A DNA stretch of 64,000 bases. Source: Myxococcota bacterium. GTDB taxonomy: Bacteria > Myxococcota_A > SURF-8. The notes below the pieces were generated by a model, which did not search any database, was not told the origin of the DNA, and saw nothing but the letters and a program-made list of their open reading frames with translations. Every line of letters begins with the position of its first letter. Positions within the stretch are counted from its first letter, which is position 1. Shown here piece by piece: positions 59,849 to 64,000 of this stretch. The stretch spans positions 5,440,001 through 5,504,000 of the forward strand of contig OZ223209.1 of NCBI GenBank assembly GCA_965140415.1, given 5' to 3'. The translations under genes were made by a program, and so were the position numbers.

Positions 59849-59939
59849 GCCTGCCTCCTTGTCGAAAGCTAGTCCTTCTATACTTCGATCATCCGGAACG
59901 CCGATAGGAGGCAAACCGGAACCGACGAAAAACAACGAA

Positions 59940-60015
<76 letters not shown>

Positions 60016-60017
60016 AC

Positions 60018-60093
60018 TGGAGCGGGAAACGGGACTCGAACCCGCGACCCATAGCTTGGAAGGCTATTGCTCTACCAACTGAGCTATTCCCGC
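60018..60093 (-). tRNA. tRNA-Gly(TCC)
   Basis: GCGGGAA stem, CT-TCC-AA loop, CCA end. Confidence 0.97.
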
Positions 60094-60116
60094 AAGCGAG
60101 TCCGTACATAAAAAAA

Positions 60117-60202
<86 letters not shown>

Positions 60203-60225
60203 AGTATATATCCTCAACAGTCTAA

Positions 60226-60301
60226 TGGAGCTGGCGATGGGACTTGAACCCGCAACCTGCTGATTACAAATCAGCTGCTCTGCCAATTGAGCTACGCCAG
60301 C
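60226..60301 (-). tRNA. tRNA-Thr(TGT)
   Basis: GCTGGCG stem, TT-TGT-AA loop, CCA end. Confidence 0.97.
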
Positions 60302-60404
60302 GAAGCTTTGACTATCGCTATGTACTTAAAATCAAAGAACTTACCGGATTATTGCAACCGGTTGGATTTTGCACACATACCACTCCATGGGTATGGACCG
60401 AAGA

Positions 60405-60433
60405 CTTATAAGCGGTTCGTTCGGTTTTGTCAA
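60405..60433 (-). promoter_or_regulatory. Sigma70 promoter of the tRNA-tuf operon
   Basis: TTGACA-N17-TATAAG. Confidence 0.7.
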
Positions 60434-60668
60434 GAAAAATATTGGGAGATGATCTCTATTTTTTTCTCGACTCGTCATGACGACCGCGTCTGCATCATTC
60501 GGCAGATGACCGGGATCCTGATTCCTACCTATTAGATAGAGCGGAAAAAACGCCTCCGCTCGTCGGTATAATTACAGGATCCACCCTCGCCCAAGGCGAA
60601 GCGGACTGCTTTATAAGTAAAAAAAAATCAGAAAACAAGATTTTTTTGAAAAAAATGCCATTCTTTAC

Positions 60669-60696
60669 TTGCAATTAATTTTCTACACCTTACTTT
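60669..60696 (+). promoter_or_regulatory. Candidate groESL promoter
   Basis: TTGCAA-N16-TACTTT preceded by A/T tracts. Confidence 0.45.
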
Positions 60697-60853
60697 GATG
60701 AGCGCTCGGTCACAATCGAGAGATTCGAAAGCTTGCCCGAGTCTAATGATAATAAGATTCGTTCGATGGTATATTTTACTTGGGGTAACCCATAACTTAT
60801 TGCAGTTCCATAGGAAATTAGGAACTTAGGAGAGGTCAAGAAAGGAGAACGTC

Positions 60854-61141
60854 ATGAATTTACGTCCGTTGAATGATCGCGTGATCGTGAAGCGCATGGA
60901 CGAGGAAGAGCGCAGCGCCGGTGGCATCATCATCCCCGACTCCGCCAAAGAAAAGCCGATTCAGGGAAAAATCATGGCCGTGGGCAATGGTCGTCTCAAA
61001 GAAGACGGCAGCCGCGTCCCGATGGAATTGAAAGAAGGCGATGTGGTCTTGTACGGCAAATATGCCGGTACCGAAGTCAAGCACAACGACGAAGAATTCC
61101 TGATCCTGCGCGAAGATGACATTCTCGCCGTGATCGTGTAA
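60854..61141 (+). CDS. groES: Co-chaperonin GroES
   Basis: [28 protein letters not shown]. Confidence 0.99.
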   Translation: MNLRPLNDRVIVKRMDEEERSAGGIIIPDSAKEKPIQGKIMAVGNGRLKEDGSRVPMELKEGDVVLYGKYAGTEVKHNDEEFLILREDDILAVIV

Positions 61142-61162
61142 CCAAACCGCAACCCGGTTTAA

Positions 61163-62845
<1,683 letters not shown>

Positions 62846-62880
62846 GCTCCCACCTGCCGATTTCGGCCCCTAGATACACG

Positions 62881-62921
62881 ACTCCCCCGCAGCTTTATCG
62901 TTGCGGGGGAGTTTTGGTTTT
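62881..62921 (+). terminator. Intrinsic terminator of groESL
   Basis: actcccccgcagc-loop-gttgcgggggagt followed by a T-rich tract. Confidence 0.9.
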
Positions 62922-63025
62922 ATGGGAAGTAGCATGACAAGCCCCCCCCCTCTTCTAATTCCTCTTGGCTCTTGGGGCACCTATGCTAAGATACCCCATC
63001 GACGATCTCAGGCCAAAGGACGATC

Positions 63026-64000
63026 ATGCTGCGACATCATGTAACCTTCTATCTGCTGTTGACCTTGATGCTTCTGGGTTGCTCGGAGAACAGCTCTACT
63101 AATGACGGCGACATCGACTCGGATTCGGAATCGGATCTCACCATCCCGGACGGCGATCAAGACAGCGAGTGGACGGAAATCGAAAACGAATCCGGCTTCG
63201 ATCCGACAGCCCTGGTCGATCCGTTTATCGGCACGGCGGGAGACTGCGGGCAGTTGTCTCCAGCGGCCAACTATCCTTTCGGCATGGTGCGACTTGGCCC
63301 GGATACCCTGATTCGCAGCCATTCCGGCTACAACTATCTTATGGATTTGACTTCGGGTTTTTCCCATACGCGCATCGACGGCGTAGGTTGCAGCGGCGTG
63401 GGCGGCGACGTCCGCATCCTGCCCGGCCTGGGAGATCAGGCCAACGGCTCCTTGCAAATGGACAAGGAAACGGAAGTCGCCCTACCCGGTTATTATGCCG
63501 TGGAACTCTTGCAACAAGAACAACGCATCCAGGCGGAAATGACGGTCAGTGCTCACGCCGGACTGCATCGCTACCATTTTCCAAGCAGTAACACATCGAA
63601 TTTATTCATCAATTTCAACGATCCCATCACGGCGCGCATCGATGGCGCTTGGAACTTCGATGAAAGCGCAAACGAAATTTCCGGCTGGGTGGCGGCTAAG
63701 AACGTCTGTAACGAGGGGCAATACACCCTGTATTTCAGCATGAGTTTCAATCGCGCCGCTGCATCCTACGAACGGCAGGCAAGCTCCCGAGGCGGAGATA
63801 ATCTGTTACTGCGTTTCGCAGCCAGTGACGAGCCGCTGCTTGTGAAGATCGGCTTTTCCAGCGTCGATGAAACCTCCGCAGCCAACGACCGCGACCTGGA
63901 AATTCCGGGCTGGGACTTCGACATCCTTCGCAAGCAGAGCAGGCAGGCCTGGCAGCAGGAACTGGCTCGCTTCGAAATCGACGGAACAGGTGAGAATCAC
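63026..64000 (+). CDS. GH92 family alpha-mannosidase-like lipoprotein (3' end outside window; absent from ORF track)
   Basis: Manual translation MLRHHVTFYLLLTLMLLGC (lipobox), DGD linker, VDPFIGT.G, PFGMVRLGPDT, GFSHTR..GVGC; open to window end. Confidence 0.85.
   Translation, partial: MLRHHVTFYLLLTLMLLGCSENSSTNDGDIDSDSESDLTIPDGDQDSEWTEIENESGFDPTALVDPFIGTAGDCGQLSPAANYPFGMVRLGPDTLIRSHSGYNYLMDLTSGFSHTRIDGVGCSGVGGDVRILPGLGDQANGSLQMDKETEVALPGYYAVELLQQEQRIQAEMTVSAHAGLHRYHFPSSNTSNLFINFNDPITARIDGAWNFDESANEISGWVAAKNVCNEGQYTLYFSMSFNRAAASYERQASSRGGDNLLLRFAASDEPLLVKIGFSSVDETSAANDRDLEIPGWDFDILRKQSRQAWQQELARFEIDGTGENH

Noticed and set aside
60699-60760. Canonical CIRCE or c-di-GMP-I riboswitch upstream of groES
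   Set aside because: Wrong spacing for CIRCE; the GGCAAAC/GACGCAAAGC core of the riboswitch is missing

Overview
Bacterial chromosome segment. It looks deltaproteobacterial / Myxococcota-like, inferred from a MYXO-CTERM-like tail, a prxU selenoprotein and a diverged str-operon EF-G. Bases 1-26000 are accessory: the end of an MCP gene, a tandem YkgJ Cys-cluster protein, a 15-PAS hybrid kinase, and tRNA-Ser whose 3' 23 bp recur in inverted orientation around two small Zn-ribbon ORFs. They also hold a nitronate monooxygenase, an orphan adenine methyltransferase, a lipoprotein of 15 tandem eukaryote-type LDL-receptor class A repeats beside a gingipain-like C25 protease, a HEPN/MNT toxin-antitoxin pair, mobA, a DUF4254 gene, and a perR-katG-prxU(Sec) module. 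Bases 26200-60300 are one continuous minus-strand translation/transcription supercluster (tRNAs-tuf-rpmG-secE-nusG-rplKAJL-rpoBC-str-S10-spc-alpha). It contains several atypical ribosomal proteins, most notably an uL15 with a duplicated globular domain. The window ends with groES-groEL and the start of a GH92 lipoprotein. No integrase, transposase or CRISPR array was seen. All calls come from reading motifs by eye; no database searches were run.
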